Part shown: positions 24,701 to 36,507 of the stretch, one piece after another | How positions within the stretch are numbered: the first letter of the stretch is position 1 | How the letters are laid out: each line of letters begins with the position of its first letter | Assembly: GCF_003918875.1 (NCBI RefSeq) | Contig: NW_025767046.1 | Coordinates: forward strand, 2,604,001-2,668,000 | Reading direction: 5' to 3' | Source: Haliotis rubra | Taxonomy: Eukaryota | Length of the DNA: 64,000 nt | Made by a program: the position numbers and the translations under genes | Notes under the pieces: generated by a model | Database searches by the model: none | What the model saw: only the letters and a program-made list of their open reading frames with translations | What the model was told of the DNA's origin: nothing

Positions 24701-25569
24701 GTTTTCCTTGTTGCTTGAATGAATGTATTGTACATATACAGTTCTACTGAGATCACTACGAATATGACACCGATCCGGATCTGAAGTTGGACTGTAAATT
24801 GTTATACGGATTAGAATTGGTCTATGCTTGTTACGAGAGGCGAGTAACGGGTCAGGTTGTCAGGCTCGCTGACTAGGTAGGAACGCGTTAACGTATCCCA
24901 TATCGATGCTCATTTAGTCAATCACTGGATTGTCTGGATTGTTGCCTAGACTCGATTATTTATAAACCGCCGCGATATAACTGGGACATTGGTGAGTGCG
25001 GCGATAAACAACAGAAAATACCCACACACATAATAGTATCATACCTTAAAAGGGGGTACGGAATACATGGTGATGGCATTTTAGGTCGACGTAAATATTA
25101 CTGCCTTCGCTTACAGTGTTTTGTTGAAATAGTAGTATAACGAAACGAAAGCTTATCACTATAAATACTTACTGAGGAGAGGGTTAATCCTGATCTGTCC
25201 CCATCCTGTTCCTGCTTGACCCCAGCCAGCACCTGCTTGACCCCAGCCAGCTCCTACTTGACCCCAGCCTGCTCCTACTTGACCCCAACCGGCTCCTGCT
25301 TGGCCCCATCCAGCACCTGCTTGACCCAATCCAGCACCTGCTTGACCCCATCCAGCACCTGCTTGACCCAATCCAGCATTAGCGATTCCTTGTCCACCAT
25401 TGCCAAATCCAAGTCCGTTGATTCCAGATCCTATTCCAGCGGTGCCAATACCAAACCCAGCGTTACCTTGACCTTGACCTTGACCGGCGTTACTAAAACT
25501 CTGATCCCATCCTTGACCAAAGGTCAGGTGAGCTATGACCGATACAAGTGCTGCTGCGAGTAATACCAT
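21752..25569 (-). CDS. Paralog C, 329 aa, (GQAGAGW)n N-terminal repeats; mosaic gene
   Basis: Exons (minus) 25569-25173, 24554-24466, 23268-23126, 22721-22478, 21868-21752. Frame is open if the acceptor at 22722-22723 is used; a dead second exon-4 start lies at 22829. Confidence 0.88.
22105..22406 (-). mobile_element. 5S rRNA-derived SINE (SINE3-like) in intron 4 of paralog C
   Basis: Minus strand GAAGTTAAGCAGCGGCGAGCTCGGACAGTCATTGGATGGGTGACCG resembles the 5S internal control region (GAAGCTAAGCAGGGTCGGGCCTGGTTAGTACTTGGATGGGAGACCG), followed by a GTTCACCCAGCAGAAAATGGGAACC body. Confidence 0.65.
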
Positions 25570-27644
25570 GATAGAACGATGGTGGACGGGAGACGTACTG
25601 CTGTACTGCTGGACACGGTGGGAGTTTTATACGCAAGGAGTATAGTAAGATTGGCCATTAATTATGCCATGAATAAAGGTGTCCCCGTCGGATGTGAGGT
25701 CCCACCTTCGTTGCGCAATGAAGGACTGGTCAGTTAAGGTGGCTCATCAAAATGTAATTACAGGTCATTAGGTTAATCATAAAGCACCTTTAAAGTACTG
25801 CTAATTCAATTAAAGAATGCCTGTGAAACACGAGAGACCGTTGTATTACTATCAAGCGTATAAAAAGGAGTATTTTTTATAATTATCATAAGCATACTCA
25901 AAAGGTAGATTGAATTACTGGCGTCGGAACTGACACTCGGAAACAAAACCAAGCATAAAGCATATATCAATAGTGTTTTGTGCTGTAATATCAAAACATG
26001 TCTTTGAATTCACAACGAAACTATTCAATGTTCTCATCTTTCTTGAAGGCGATAAATAAAATTTGACAGGAAGCTATGTTTATGCGTTGGATTAACCAAA
26101 GTGTTACAAATGTTATCCAAGCGCTACCTGGCTGGAAACAAACGCCGAAACCTTATACAGTTTAGGTTCAAAATACCACTCTGATACCAATATAAAATAA
26201 CAATCAAATGATCTTTTCCTGGAAAGTTGAATTTTTATCCACCTTTAAACATTAGTGTACGTTAACATTTGCTCGGCAATTTAGTTTATTCCGGACAAGG
26301 GGCGATGGGGTAGCCTAGTGGTTAAAGCTTTCGTTCGTCACGCCGAAGACCCGAGTTCAATTCCCCACAAGGGTACAATGTGTGAAGCCCATTTCTGGTG
26401 TCGCCGACATGATATTGTTGGAATATTGCTAAGGGCGGCGTACGGTCGTATGAGACTCTAGAAAATTTAATAGTCACACTGCTGTCCCATCTTACCGGGT
26501 ACCTTTTCTATCCTGGGCCATCTGAGGCACAAGTCGATCAAAGTACCTCGGTTATGGAGGCACCACATGTGAAGCGCCTGGATTAGATTTACCGACTAGA
26601 GAGATAAGGCTTACATATGGCCAGACCGCCTCCGTGGTGTAGTGGTTAGAGCGTCCGCCCGGAGAGCGGAAGGTCGCGGGTTCGATCCCCGACCGCGTCA
26701 TACCAAAAGACGTTAAAATATGGTACTTGTTGGTCCCTGCCTGACGCTCGGCATTAATGTGTACAATAAGGACTGGTCGGCTCGGAGTTAGTATAATGTG
26801 TCTGAGTGGGGCATTCATGCTTCACTGCGGCATGGTATCTCAGTGGGCTAGCACTATAAAACCAGCCTCACATATGGCCAAAATATGGGATTAATAAATC
26901 AAATCATACCATATTTCTGATTGTATGAAGATCGTTCTTTACAAATTCACAGGCCGCGTCATGCCAAAAGACGTTGAGTGAGTGAGTGACTTGGGTTTTA
27001 CGCTGCCCTTAACAAATATTCCAACCAAATCACGTCGGGGGACACCAGAAATGGACTTTACACATTGTACTCAATTGGGGAATCGAACCCGGGTCTTAGG
27101 CGTGACGAGTGATCGCTTTAACCACGAGGCTACCAACCCCCCCCCCACACACACACACACACACACCACACACACTAGACACACACACGTATTTTAATTG
27201 TGTGTCACCAAGGACGATGGCATATCGTTTAATGCTTAAAATACTTAATACTTCAAAAGTAAGCTCTGAGATTTTGTATCTGACACAGTGTACTTCTGTT
27301 TGATATGGTTCCATCTGTATCCACCATTGTCACATTTGCAGCTCTCTTGCTCACAGCTGTTTCTCAAACGGTCCAACCTGTGTCTAACACAGCCCCAGAT
27401 GAATCTGATTTAGCTGTGTCTTGGCCCAGTCTGAATCTGACGTGGCCCAATCTGTGTCTGACAAAGTCCAGTCCGTGTCCGACCTTGATGAAGCTGTGTT
27501 TGAATTGGTCCCAGCTGTACCTGACATGACATCATGAGTAACTGACATTGTCCCAACTGTATCTGAAATGTACCCTTCTCCGTCTGAAACTAATGCCACG
27601 GTCCTAAAAGAATCTGGTATTGTCCCATCTGCATCCAACATGGT

Positions 27645-30600
27645 TCAGTATGTTTGTGTCATTGATGTAGCTGTGTCTGAATTGGTCCCAGAATCAGACT
27701 CGGTCCCAGCAGGATCAGAATCGGTCCCAGCTGTATCTGAAATTGATTCGGTCCATTCAGCATCTGACATTGTTCTATTTGTATCTGACTTGGTATCAGC
27801 TGTGTCTGACATGATCTCAGCTGTATCTGAAATTGATTCCGCTGTATAGGGCCCTGTGTCTGAATTTGACACGGTCGCACCTACATCTGACATCTTAGAT
27901 CTATTTGAAAATATTTCAGTTGAGTCTGATGCGGTCCAGTCTCCAACTAGCGTTATCGCACTTGTATCTGACTTATCACCATCATCTGCATCTGACATCC
28001 TGGATCTATCTGGTACTGTCATAGATGTATCCGACATTGATTCAATTATATGTGAATTTGATTCAGCTGTATGTGATGAGTTCTCGTCTCTACCTGACTT
28101 TAAATCTGATGCATCTGATGCAGTCCAGTCTGTATCTGACTTGGTCCCAATTGCATCTGACACCCTAGCTCTCTCTGATATTGTCCTAGATGTATCTGAC
28201 TTTGATACAGATGTATCAGAGCATGATTCGACTGTATCCGCTGTATTAGCTGATTCCGACGGGATCCAATCTGAATCTGATTTGGTCGCACCTATTCCTG
28301 ACGTCCTAGCTGTATCCGACGCGGTCCAATCTGAATCTGATTTGGTCTCAACTATCCCCGACGTCCTAGCTGTACCCGACATTTTGTCAGTTGTATCCGA
28401 CGGGATCCAATCTGAATCTGACTTGGTCGCACCTATTGCTGACGTCCTAGCTGTATCCGACATTGTGTCAGCTGTATCCGACGGGATCCAATCTGAATCT
28501 GACTTGGTCGCACCTATTCCTGTCGTCCTAGCTGTATCCGACATTGTGTCATTTAATTCTGAGGTGGTCCTTAATGTATTTGAATTTCTACCATCTGACA
28601 TTGTCACGTCTGTATCTGATATTGTCTCAGATGCATCTGAATTTGATTCAGCTCCATATGATGCGGTCCAGTCTGTATCTGACTTAGTCCCAATTGCATC
28701 TGACACCCTAGCTCTATCTGATATTATCCTAGGTGTATCTGACATGTTCTCAGCTGTATCTGACATCGGGTCGGCTGTCTCCGAGAGGATCCAATCTGAA
28801 TCTGACTTGGTTGCACCTATTCCTGACGTCCTAGCTGTATCCGACATTGTGTCAGTTGAATCTGACGTCGTCCTTAATGTATCTGCCTTACTGTCATCCC
28901 TATCTGACATTGTCTCAGCTGTATCTGACATTGAGCCAGATGTATCCGACGCGATCCAGTCTGAATCTGACTTGGTTGCGCCTATTCCTGACGTTCTAGC
29001 TGAATCCGAAATTGTGTCATTTAATTCTGACATGGACCTTAATGTATTTGAATTTCTACCATCTGACATTGTCACATCTGTATCTGACATTGCCTCAGCT
29101 GTAGCTGAAATTAATTCAGCCGTACCTGACGCAGACCAATCTGTATCTGACTTGGACCGACCTGCATCGGACCTGGTCCCATCTGCATCCGTCGTCCTGA
29201 TTCTATTTGATATTGTCCTATATCGATCAGAATTTGATTCAGCTGTATATGATGCCGTCCAGTCTGTATATGACTTGGTCCCAATTGTATCTGGCACCCT
29301 AACTTTATCTGACATTGAGTCAGCTGTATCCGACGCGGTCCAATCTGAATCTGACTTGGTCGCACCTATTCCTGACGTCCTAGCTGTATCCGACATTGTG
29401 TCAGTTGAATCTGACGTCGTCCTTAATGTATCTGACTTTCTATCATCAGTATCTGACATTGTCACATCTGTATCCGACGTGGTCCCATCTGCATCTGACT
29501 TGCTCTCACCAGCATCTAACACCCTAGCTCTCTCTGATATTGTCCTAGATGTATCTGACTTTGATACAGATGTATCAGACCTTGATTCGACTGTATCCGC
29601 TGTATTAGCTGAATCCGACTCGGTGCAATCTGAATCTGACTTGGTCGCACCTATTCCTGACGACCTAGCTGTATCCGACATTGTGTCAGATGTATCCGAC
29701 GGGAACCAATCTGAATCTGACTTGGTCGCACCTATTCCTGACGTCCTAGCTGTATCCGACATTGTGTCATTTAATTCTGAGGTGGTCCTTAATGTATTTG
29801 AATTTCTACCATCTGACATTGTCACGTCTGTATCTGATATTGTCTCAGATGCATCTGAATTTGATTCAGCTCCATATGACGCGGTCCAGTCTGTATCTGA
29901 CTTAGTCCCAATTGCATCTGACACCCAAGCTCTATCTGATATTATTCTAGGTGTATCTGACATGTTCTCAGCTGTATCTGACATCGGGTCGGCTGTCTCC
30001 GAGAGGATCCAATCTGAATCTGACTTGGTTGCACCTATTCCTGACGTTCTAGCTGTATCCGACATTGTGTCATTTGATTCTGACGTGGTCCTTAATGTAT
30101 CTGCCTTTCTATCATCGGTATCTGATATTGTCACATCTGTATCTGACGTGGTTCCGCCAGCATCCGATGTCTTGATTCTATCTGATCTCGTCCTAAATGT
30201 ATCTGAATTGAATGCAGCTCCATATGACGCGGTCCAGTCTGTATCTGACTTGGTCCCAGATACATCAGACATCCTAGCTCTATCTGATATTGTCCTAGAT
30301 GCATCGGACATCCTAGCTCTATCTGATATTGTCCTACATGCATCAGACATCCTAGCTCTATCTGATATTGTCCTAAATGCATCAGACCCTGATTCAGTCA
30401 CATCTGAAATGATTGTACGTGACGATGTCCCAGATGAGTTTAACATTGATTCAACTGTTTCTGATATGACACTTTCTGTATCCGAAATTGTATCTGACAT
30501 TGAGTCAGCTGTATCCGACGGGATCCAATCGGAATCTGACTTGGTAGCAACTATTCCTGACGTTCTAGCTGTATCCGACATTGTGTCAGTTGAGTCTGAC

Positions 30601-30665
30601 GTGCTCCGTAATGTATCTGACTTTCCCCCATCCGTATCTGACATTGTCACATCTGTATCTGACAT
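27645..30665 (-). CDS. Ser/Asp/Thr-rich highly repetitive acidic ORF (1006 aa); possible large exon or decaying gene
   Basis: Long open frame of SDT/MSDTARTSGIGATKSDSDW repeats. The same repeat continues past an in-frame TGA (27645-27647) into ORF 27384-27641 and upstream across apparent frameshifts near 30725 and 30785. No signal peptide found. Confidence 0.45.
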   Translation of the reverse strand: MSDTDVTMSDTDGGKSDTLRSTSDSTDTMSDTARTSGIVATKSDSDWIPSDTADSMSDTISDTESVISETVESMLNSSGTSSRTIISDVTESGSDAFRTISDRARMSDACRTISDRARMSDASRTISDRARMSDVSGTKSDTDWTASYGAAFNSDTFRTRSDRIKTSDAGGTTSDTDVTISDTDDRKADTLRTTSESNDTMSDTARTSGIGATKSDSDWILSETADPMSDTAENMSDTPRIISDRAWVSDAIGTKSDTDWTASYGAESNSDASETISDTDVTMSDGRNSNTLRTTSELNDTMSDTARTSGIGATKSDSDWFPSDTSDTMSDTARSSGIGATKSDSDCTESDSANTADTVESRSDTSVSKSDTSRTISERARVLDAGESKSDADGTTSDTDVTMSDTDDRKSDTLRTTSDSTDTMSDTARTSGIGATKSDSDWTASDTADSMSDKVRVPDTIGTKSYTDWTASYTAESNSDRYRTISNRIRTTDADGTRSDAGRSKSDTDWSASGTAELISATAEAMSDTDVTMSDGRNSNTLRSMSELNDTISDSARTSGIGATKSDSDWIASDTSGSMSDTAETMSDRDDSKADTLRTTSDSTDTMSDTARTSGIGATKSDSDWILSETADPMSDTAENMSDTPRIISDRARVSDAIGTKSDTDWTASYGAESNSDASETISDTDVTMSDGRNSNTLRTTSELNDTMSDTARTTGIGATKSDSDWIPSDTADTMSDTARTSAIGATKSDSDWIPSDTTDKMSGTARTSGIVETKSDSDWTASDTARTSGIGATKSDSDWIPSESANTADTVESCSDTSVSKSDTSRTISERARVSDAIGTKSDTDWTASDASDLKSGRDENSSHTAESNSHIIESMSDTSMTVPDRSRMSDADDGDKSDTSAITLVGDWTASDSTEIFSNRSKMSDVGATVSNSDTGPYTAESISDTAEIMSDTADTKSDTNRTMSDAEWTESISDTAGTDSDPAGTESDSGTNSDTATSMTQTY

Positions 30666-33286
30666 GGTCCCAGCTGTATCAGAAATTATTTCATCTGTGT
30701 CTGAAACGACCTTAGTTGTGACGATGTCCCAGCTGTGTTAAACATTGATTCAACAGTTTCGGATTTGACACTTTTGGTATCTGACTGTATCTGACACAGC
30801 CCGAGCAGTATCGCACTTCTTCCCAACTGTCCCATATACTTGTTCTACATAAGAAACAGGCACATTTGGTAAGGTCCATCTAAATATCTATGCTGTACAG
30901 TCTCTGAGTTGCGTCCCGTTATGTGAATTCACCGGTGCGTGTAATAAAACAATAGTGATACTAAACGTCTTCATGCGCCAGTCCGCATTGTACACAAGAA
31001 CACAGCCATGTATTCAATGACACCTAAATGTAAACAACGACAAGCAGTTAGTACCTGTGAAGAGCTTGCACATAAGTTTTCATCAACTCATCACGACACG
31101 AGTGAATATAGTTTATGCCGTTTTAACACCATTCCAGGAAAATCACGGGGGTCACCAGAAATAGGTTTCATACAATGTACCCTTGTGGGGAATCGAACCC
31201 GGGTCTTCGGCGTTACGAGCGGACGCTTTAACCACTAAGGGTACTACCCGACTTGCTTCCGATGCATACAAGGAAATCAAACACTTACACTGTACAACAT
31301 TCGAGCGTATTCTTCATTACATGAAGACCCACAGAGTCTTTTGTGTGACGACAAAATGAATATTTCCTCTCATCAAGTTAACAATGTCTCTTTGTGTCTT
31401 TTCAATGTCTCATGATCATTTGGACCAGGAGGCACAGGCATATGTATTCGGACAAATTCATGTCAGTCGAAGGCGTTGACGCATGTTTCAGTTGCACAAT
31501 TTAACATGAAAGCGTGCTGGGATATTATGTAATACAGGACGGGTCTCACACCCGCTAAGCTTTTTACGGGAAACAGTTACTGCACGTGTAAAATGATCAC
31601 GTCGCATGCAATGACAATACATGTTCAGGGTTCGTAGTGGTATATACCTCGGCCCTGAACCAGGAATATTTCACCCCAAACGGTTTAGGCTTAAAACCAA
31701 GTCTTTTTTCGGAATGACAATGACATAACTTTTCAAAAGTCATATTTCCTTTAACCCAGGTGAAGTTGTTATGAACTCTTCAACTCGGATACACCAAAAA
31801 GAAAACATTTAAGGTCGGTACTGGACACCAGCAATTCTATGACAAGTAAGCAATTTAAAAAATATAAATCGCTGTTATGGCGTTGAGCAAGTTTAAGGGG
31901 ATTGTGATTAACTATGAACAGTAAAGGTGATTTAGGTAAATTAAATATATATTGATACATCAGGTAGTGTGGAGATTCGGTCTTTTGCAATTCATGCTTG
32001 TTGTAAGAGGCGACTAACGGGATCGGATGATCACGCTCGCTGACTTGGTTGATGAATGTCATCATGTCCTCACTGTGTTGTGACCACCTCAGTGGTGTTA
32101 GTGGTTAGAGCGTCCGCCCGAAGGTCGCGGGTTCGATCCTCGATACCGAGTTTTCTATTGGGCAATAGAAAGTTATTTTTTTATAGAAAATGTTGTCAAA
32201 TACCACCATGCCTATTTAGCTATAATTCAATCCCACAACAGTGTGTTAGATTCAGTGGATATTTAATTTAGTGGTGCGAAAGTGCAACCACTTGACTTTT
32301 ATAATGTTTGGAGTGTCGGAAAATTTGTGCCGAAAAAATAACAAGCTAATTAATTTCTAAGTTACGATTGCTAAGATATCCATCAACAGTTGTGTGTCAT
32401 AAGCGAAAAAATGAAATAAAATAAACCCATATAGAATTATTCTTTGAGGGCAGACTAAGCGTTACCATAATTAACGCTTTTAGATTGGTTTTCGCTAACT
32501 AATGAAACATTTCAGCCGTAAGAAAATCAAACTAATGCCAAAATCAAGTGAAATGTACACTTCCGTTTGTTCTTCAGTTTACGTACCAGGTTGTAACTGA
32601 TAACGAAAAGAATTTAACCCTTGCATCAGTTTCATCTCATGCATTTGAATCCAGTAGAAAGGGTGTTTTCAATCTGTTTTCAAACACGTGTTATAAAATG
32701 AAACTTGAAGCCCGACCGTCATGAAACGATAGTAGTATACTACCATATAAAAACACGTCAGTGAATTAACAGTGTCATTTAAGAAATGTTCATTATACGA
32801 ATGGATCACTGAAAATAAGTGTGGACACCAGGTGTTCGAGGAAGAGGTGAGAGTGTAAGTGTCCCATCATTCACGTTCTTGTACAGAGTACACATTTTAG
32901 ACAAGCGACAACAAAGAATATTCTTAATTCGTTTTTTTATTTCTAAAATAAATTACTACGAACATGAAATATATACATCACATGAAACAGATAGCGATGC
33001 TCATATCAACGCTATTATACCCAACCATGTTGAATGATACCCAAAACACATTTACATACAGAACATTTTCATTGTTGATTCCATATCACCCTAACATCGA
33101 CATGATTTACTTTGCAATAGAAATATCGTATACGGCATCTCGACTGTACAGTGCAATCAATCACTAATCGTTTGTTCCATCTACTGATTCGTTGGTCGTC
33201 ATCATTTCTTGTGTGCTTACATTTATGTTTTCAAAACAAGTTTTCTTTGTAAAACTGAGAACGATGAGAAGAAACAGCTTCCTTAT

Positions 33287-35849
33287 TTAAGGTGCTGCCG
33301 GGGTGACAGCGTCAATGTTGTCGAATCCCAACTTGCAGCAGGCCAGGATTGGATCCATACACACTTGACGTCCATCAGTTCCAGTGGTCAAAGATGAACA
33401 TAGCTGAAAACAGTAGAAGATAATGTCATGTCTTTGTTTTTGAGTGCTTAGATCGTTTTAACAAGGATACGAGTGGCTCAGGACAAAATACAATGATTTA
33501 AATCCAATAATTTGTAAGCTTACACGTTAACAAAACTATATAGCCTTAACGTATAATACACTTTTATTAAAGGATGAAATATGTGAATAAAGACCTTCAT
33601 AAAGAGGTGAAACCTATCGGAACAGATATGTATTCTAAAATGATAACGCCTGTCAAAATGTGTCGAGCACTTACAGCCATTCCGCGTCCTCCGTATCTCT
33701 CGATCTCTCTGAATGGCAGGTTGGCGGAGCTCAAGTCAAGGACAGTCTCCTGGTTGGTGCTGAGGGTGACAGAGGTGACAACTCCGGGAGTGGTGGTCGT
33801 TCCAGTGCCCCAAGACTGACCCCACTGTTGACCAAGACCTTGTCCCCACTGATGTCCCCATGGCTGACCCCACTGTTGACCAAGACCTTGACCAAACCTT
33901 TGGCCCCACACGTTGCTGAAAGTTCGAAGGAACTATTATTTTCGTTCAGATCTAAAATATTTGACGTGAATTGTTGGCATGGAAAAAGTGGGTGAATTAG
34001 TGCATTACGCTAATGTTTTACCGTTAGAAACATTTTCTAAGTGGTTTACTAATTGGTTACATAACAACTTATGGTATGGATTGACAACGTCTTTATTTAC
34101 GACACGACGTTTCTGAGCTACTACTTGCCCCTTCATCAAGTGAAACATCATCACCTGATGAATGCCCGTGAAGATCCGGGTTAGAATTGGTCTTCAGTAA
34201 GAGGTGACTAACGGGATCGGGTGGTCAGGCTCGCTGACCTGGTTGATACATGTCATCGTATCCCTATTGCCTAGATCGATGCTCATGCTGTTGATCACTG
34301 GATTGTCTAGTCCAGACGCGATTATTTACAGACCACCGCCATATAACTGGAAAATTGCTGTGTGCGGCGTTAAAAATAACAATCACTTAGTCACCTGATG
34401 AAGTGGAAAGAAGTAGCCCAGAATCGTCGTGTTGAAAATAATAAAGAAATTGTAAATTCATATCATACGTTGTTTTGTTACCATCCAACAATCTGACTAA
34501 TTGGTTGTTCTTAAAGGAAGCTTCCCGAGACTCGCGAATGATAGTCAGATCTTTCAAGGACAGGTCCGAGACACAATGAGCCATCACATCGCACACTTTG
34601 ACTATATGATTTCAGTAATCCTTCGCCTATTTCGGGATCAAAATGATCCTTACCTTCCAATGACAGGTCCGAGTCCATCAGAGGTACATCCAGCCTCCAC
34701 ACGAGATCTCTCAGTGATGACGAGGTTGTAAGTTCCTGACACAGTGGATGTTCTCAGAACAGCAGATCCAGTCAAACCTCCACGGGATTGACCCCACTAT
34801 AATATGTAAGAAAGAAGATACGGGAATGTGTTCTTGTTGGTCATTCTGTGATGTTGCCCAAGTGCATAGTTTTCACGAAAAATGAATGTTTACACGATCT
34901 GACATATTCTGATAGTTCTACATAACCTGCGTACACATTAGTCGAAAGTGAAGCATGTTAGAAACGTTTCCCACTCTGACATCCCCACAACCGATTATGG
35001 TGCTAGCAAACAAGGAAATGATTCACGACTTAATCACTGAATACGATACAGATGCTGATGAATGAACAGAAACAACTTACGCCCCATCCTCCCCAGCTTG
35101 GTTGTCTCCTCCTCAGGGTCAAGGATCCTGTGATCCCTGTAGCTGTGAAAGTACAGGTGATGGTTGTGTCTGAAACCAAGACAAATGTCAAATGAAAACA
35201 GTGTTATACCATATACTCAAAGTAAAAAAACATCATATTGAAGCTTAGCCCTTGTCTACGTTGTCAGTTCATAATTTGAAACATATGTTTCAAGTTTCAT
35301 GTTACTTTCAAGTTTGAAAGTGGATATACGTTGTATAAATCATTTAAGATTATCTTACATTAAATATATGACATAAGAAACTTAAATGTTCTCACTCAAG
35401 ATAGGATTGATGATGTTCTGTCCAAGTCCTCCTATTTGTCCCCATCCTGCTCCAAGTCGACCAAAGCCAAGTCTGGGTAGACCAAGCCCGAATCCTGCCT
35501 GACCTAAACCTGCTCCGGCTCCAGCTTGACCAAATCCTGCTCCAGCTTGACCAAATCCTGCACCAGCTTGACCAAATCCTGCTCCAGCAGCTTGACCTAA
35601 ACCTGCTCCTGCACCAGCTTGACCAAATCCTGCCCCAGCTTGACCCACACCTGCTCCTGCTTGACCAAATCCGGCTCCTGCTTGACCAAAGGCTCCACCT
35701 GCTTGACCAAAACCTCCCCCTGCTTGACCAAAGGCGGCTCCAGCTTGACCCCAAGATGATCCAGTATTACCAAAGCCCATTTGACCCATACCTTGACCAA
35801 AGGCCAGGTGAGCAATGACAGATAGAAGAGCTACAGTGAGGAAAGCCAT
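33287..35849 (-). CDS. Paralog D, 347 aa, (GQAGAGF)n N-terminal repeats
   Basis: Exons (minus) 35849-35396, 35169-35081, 34796-34654, 33915-33675, 33403-33287. ATG 35849 chosen by homology (MAFLTVALLSVIAHLAFG) and a TATA box just upstream. Confidence 0.92.
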
Positions 35850-36359
35850 GGTGTACGTGTGCTCGTGAAGGACTGAAGATGTCGATATTGCTGACTTGAC
35901 CTGACGGGGTCTATATACACCAGGGGAATAATTAGCCAGACTATTTGTTATGTCACTGAAATAAAGAGAAGCGCCTCTGGTCACAACACTGTTCCCACCT
36001 TCTTATATAATTAAGGGGTGGTAGATTAGTTACTTATTACATCGGAACGATCCCAGTGTGCAATAAAGTAATTACCAATCCCATAAGTAATTGATCCACG
36101 TGCTCTAATTTGATGAAAATATGCATACACAGTTACAGTTAGTAGTACTAACGAAATAGCTTACAGAGCAGTTCTAAGTTACTGCAATTAAACGTTATTG
36201 CAATAATGTCGACAAACTAGGTGGCGTTATTGTGTCGTAAGTGATAACCATTTCTTTTGCAAATAAAGGCCTAAGTATGAGAAGGGTCATCTTTAGATTT
36301 AATTTTTGCAGTATCCAACATGCACATTAAAAGCTTCCAGTGGGTGTGAATATGTGTAT

Positions 36360-36507
36360 NNNNNNNNNNNNNNNNNNNNNNNNNNNNNNNNNNNNNNNNN
36401 NNNNNNNNNNNNNNNNNNNNNNNNNNNNNNNNNNNNNNNNNNNNNNNNNNNNNNNNNNNNNNNNNNNNNNNNNNNNNNNNNNNNNNNNNNNNNNNNNNNN
36501 NNNNNNN
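36360..36507. other. Assembly gap (N run)
   Basis: Run of n; a ~50-bp direct repeat lies on each side (~36255 and ~36628). Confidence 1.

Noticed and set aside
27856-30741. 961-aa plus-strand ORF as an independent gene
   Set aside because: It starts at GTG and is explained as the antisense shadow of the minus-strand repeat. Kept only as a finding.
31634-31648. GTAGTGGTATATACC resembling the A/B TATA context
   Set aside because: Short match with no downstream exon-1 homology; likely chance.
35850-35984. N-terminal extension of D in the 200-aa ORF call
   Set aside because: It starts at a non-ATG codon and spans the TATA box. All complete paralogs start at the signal-peptide Met (35849 in D).
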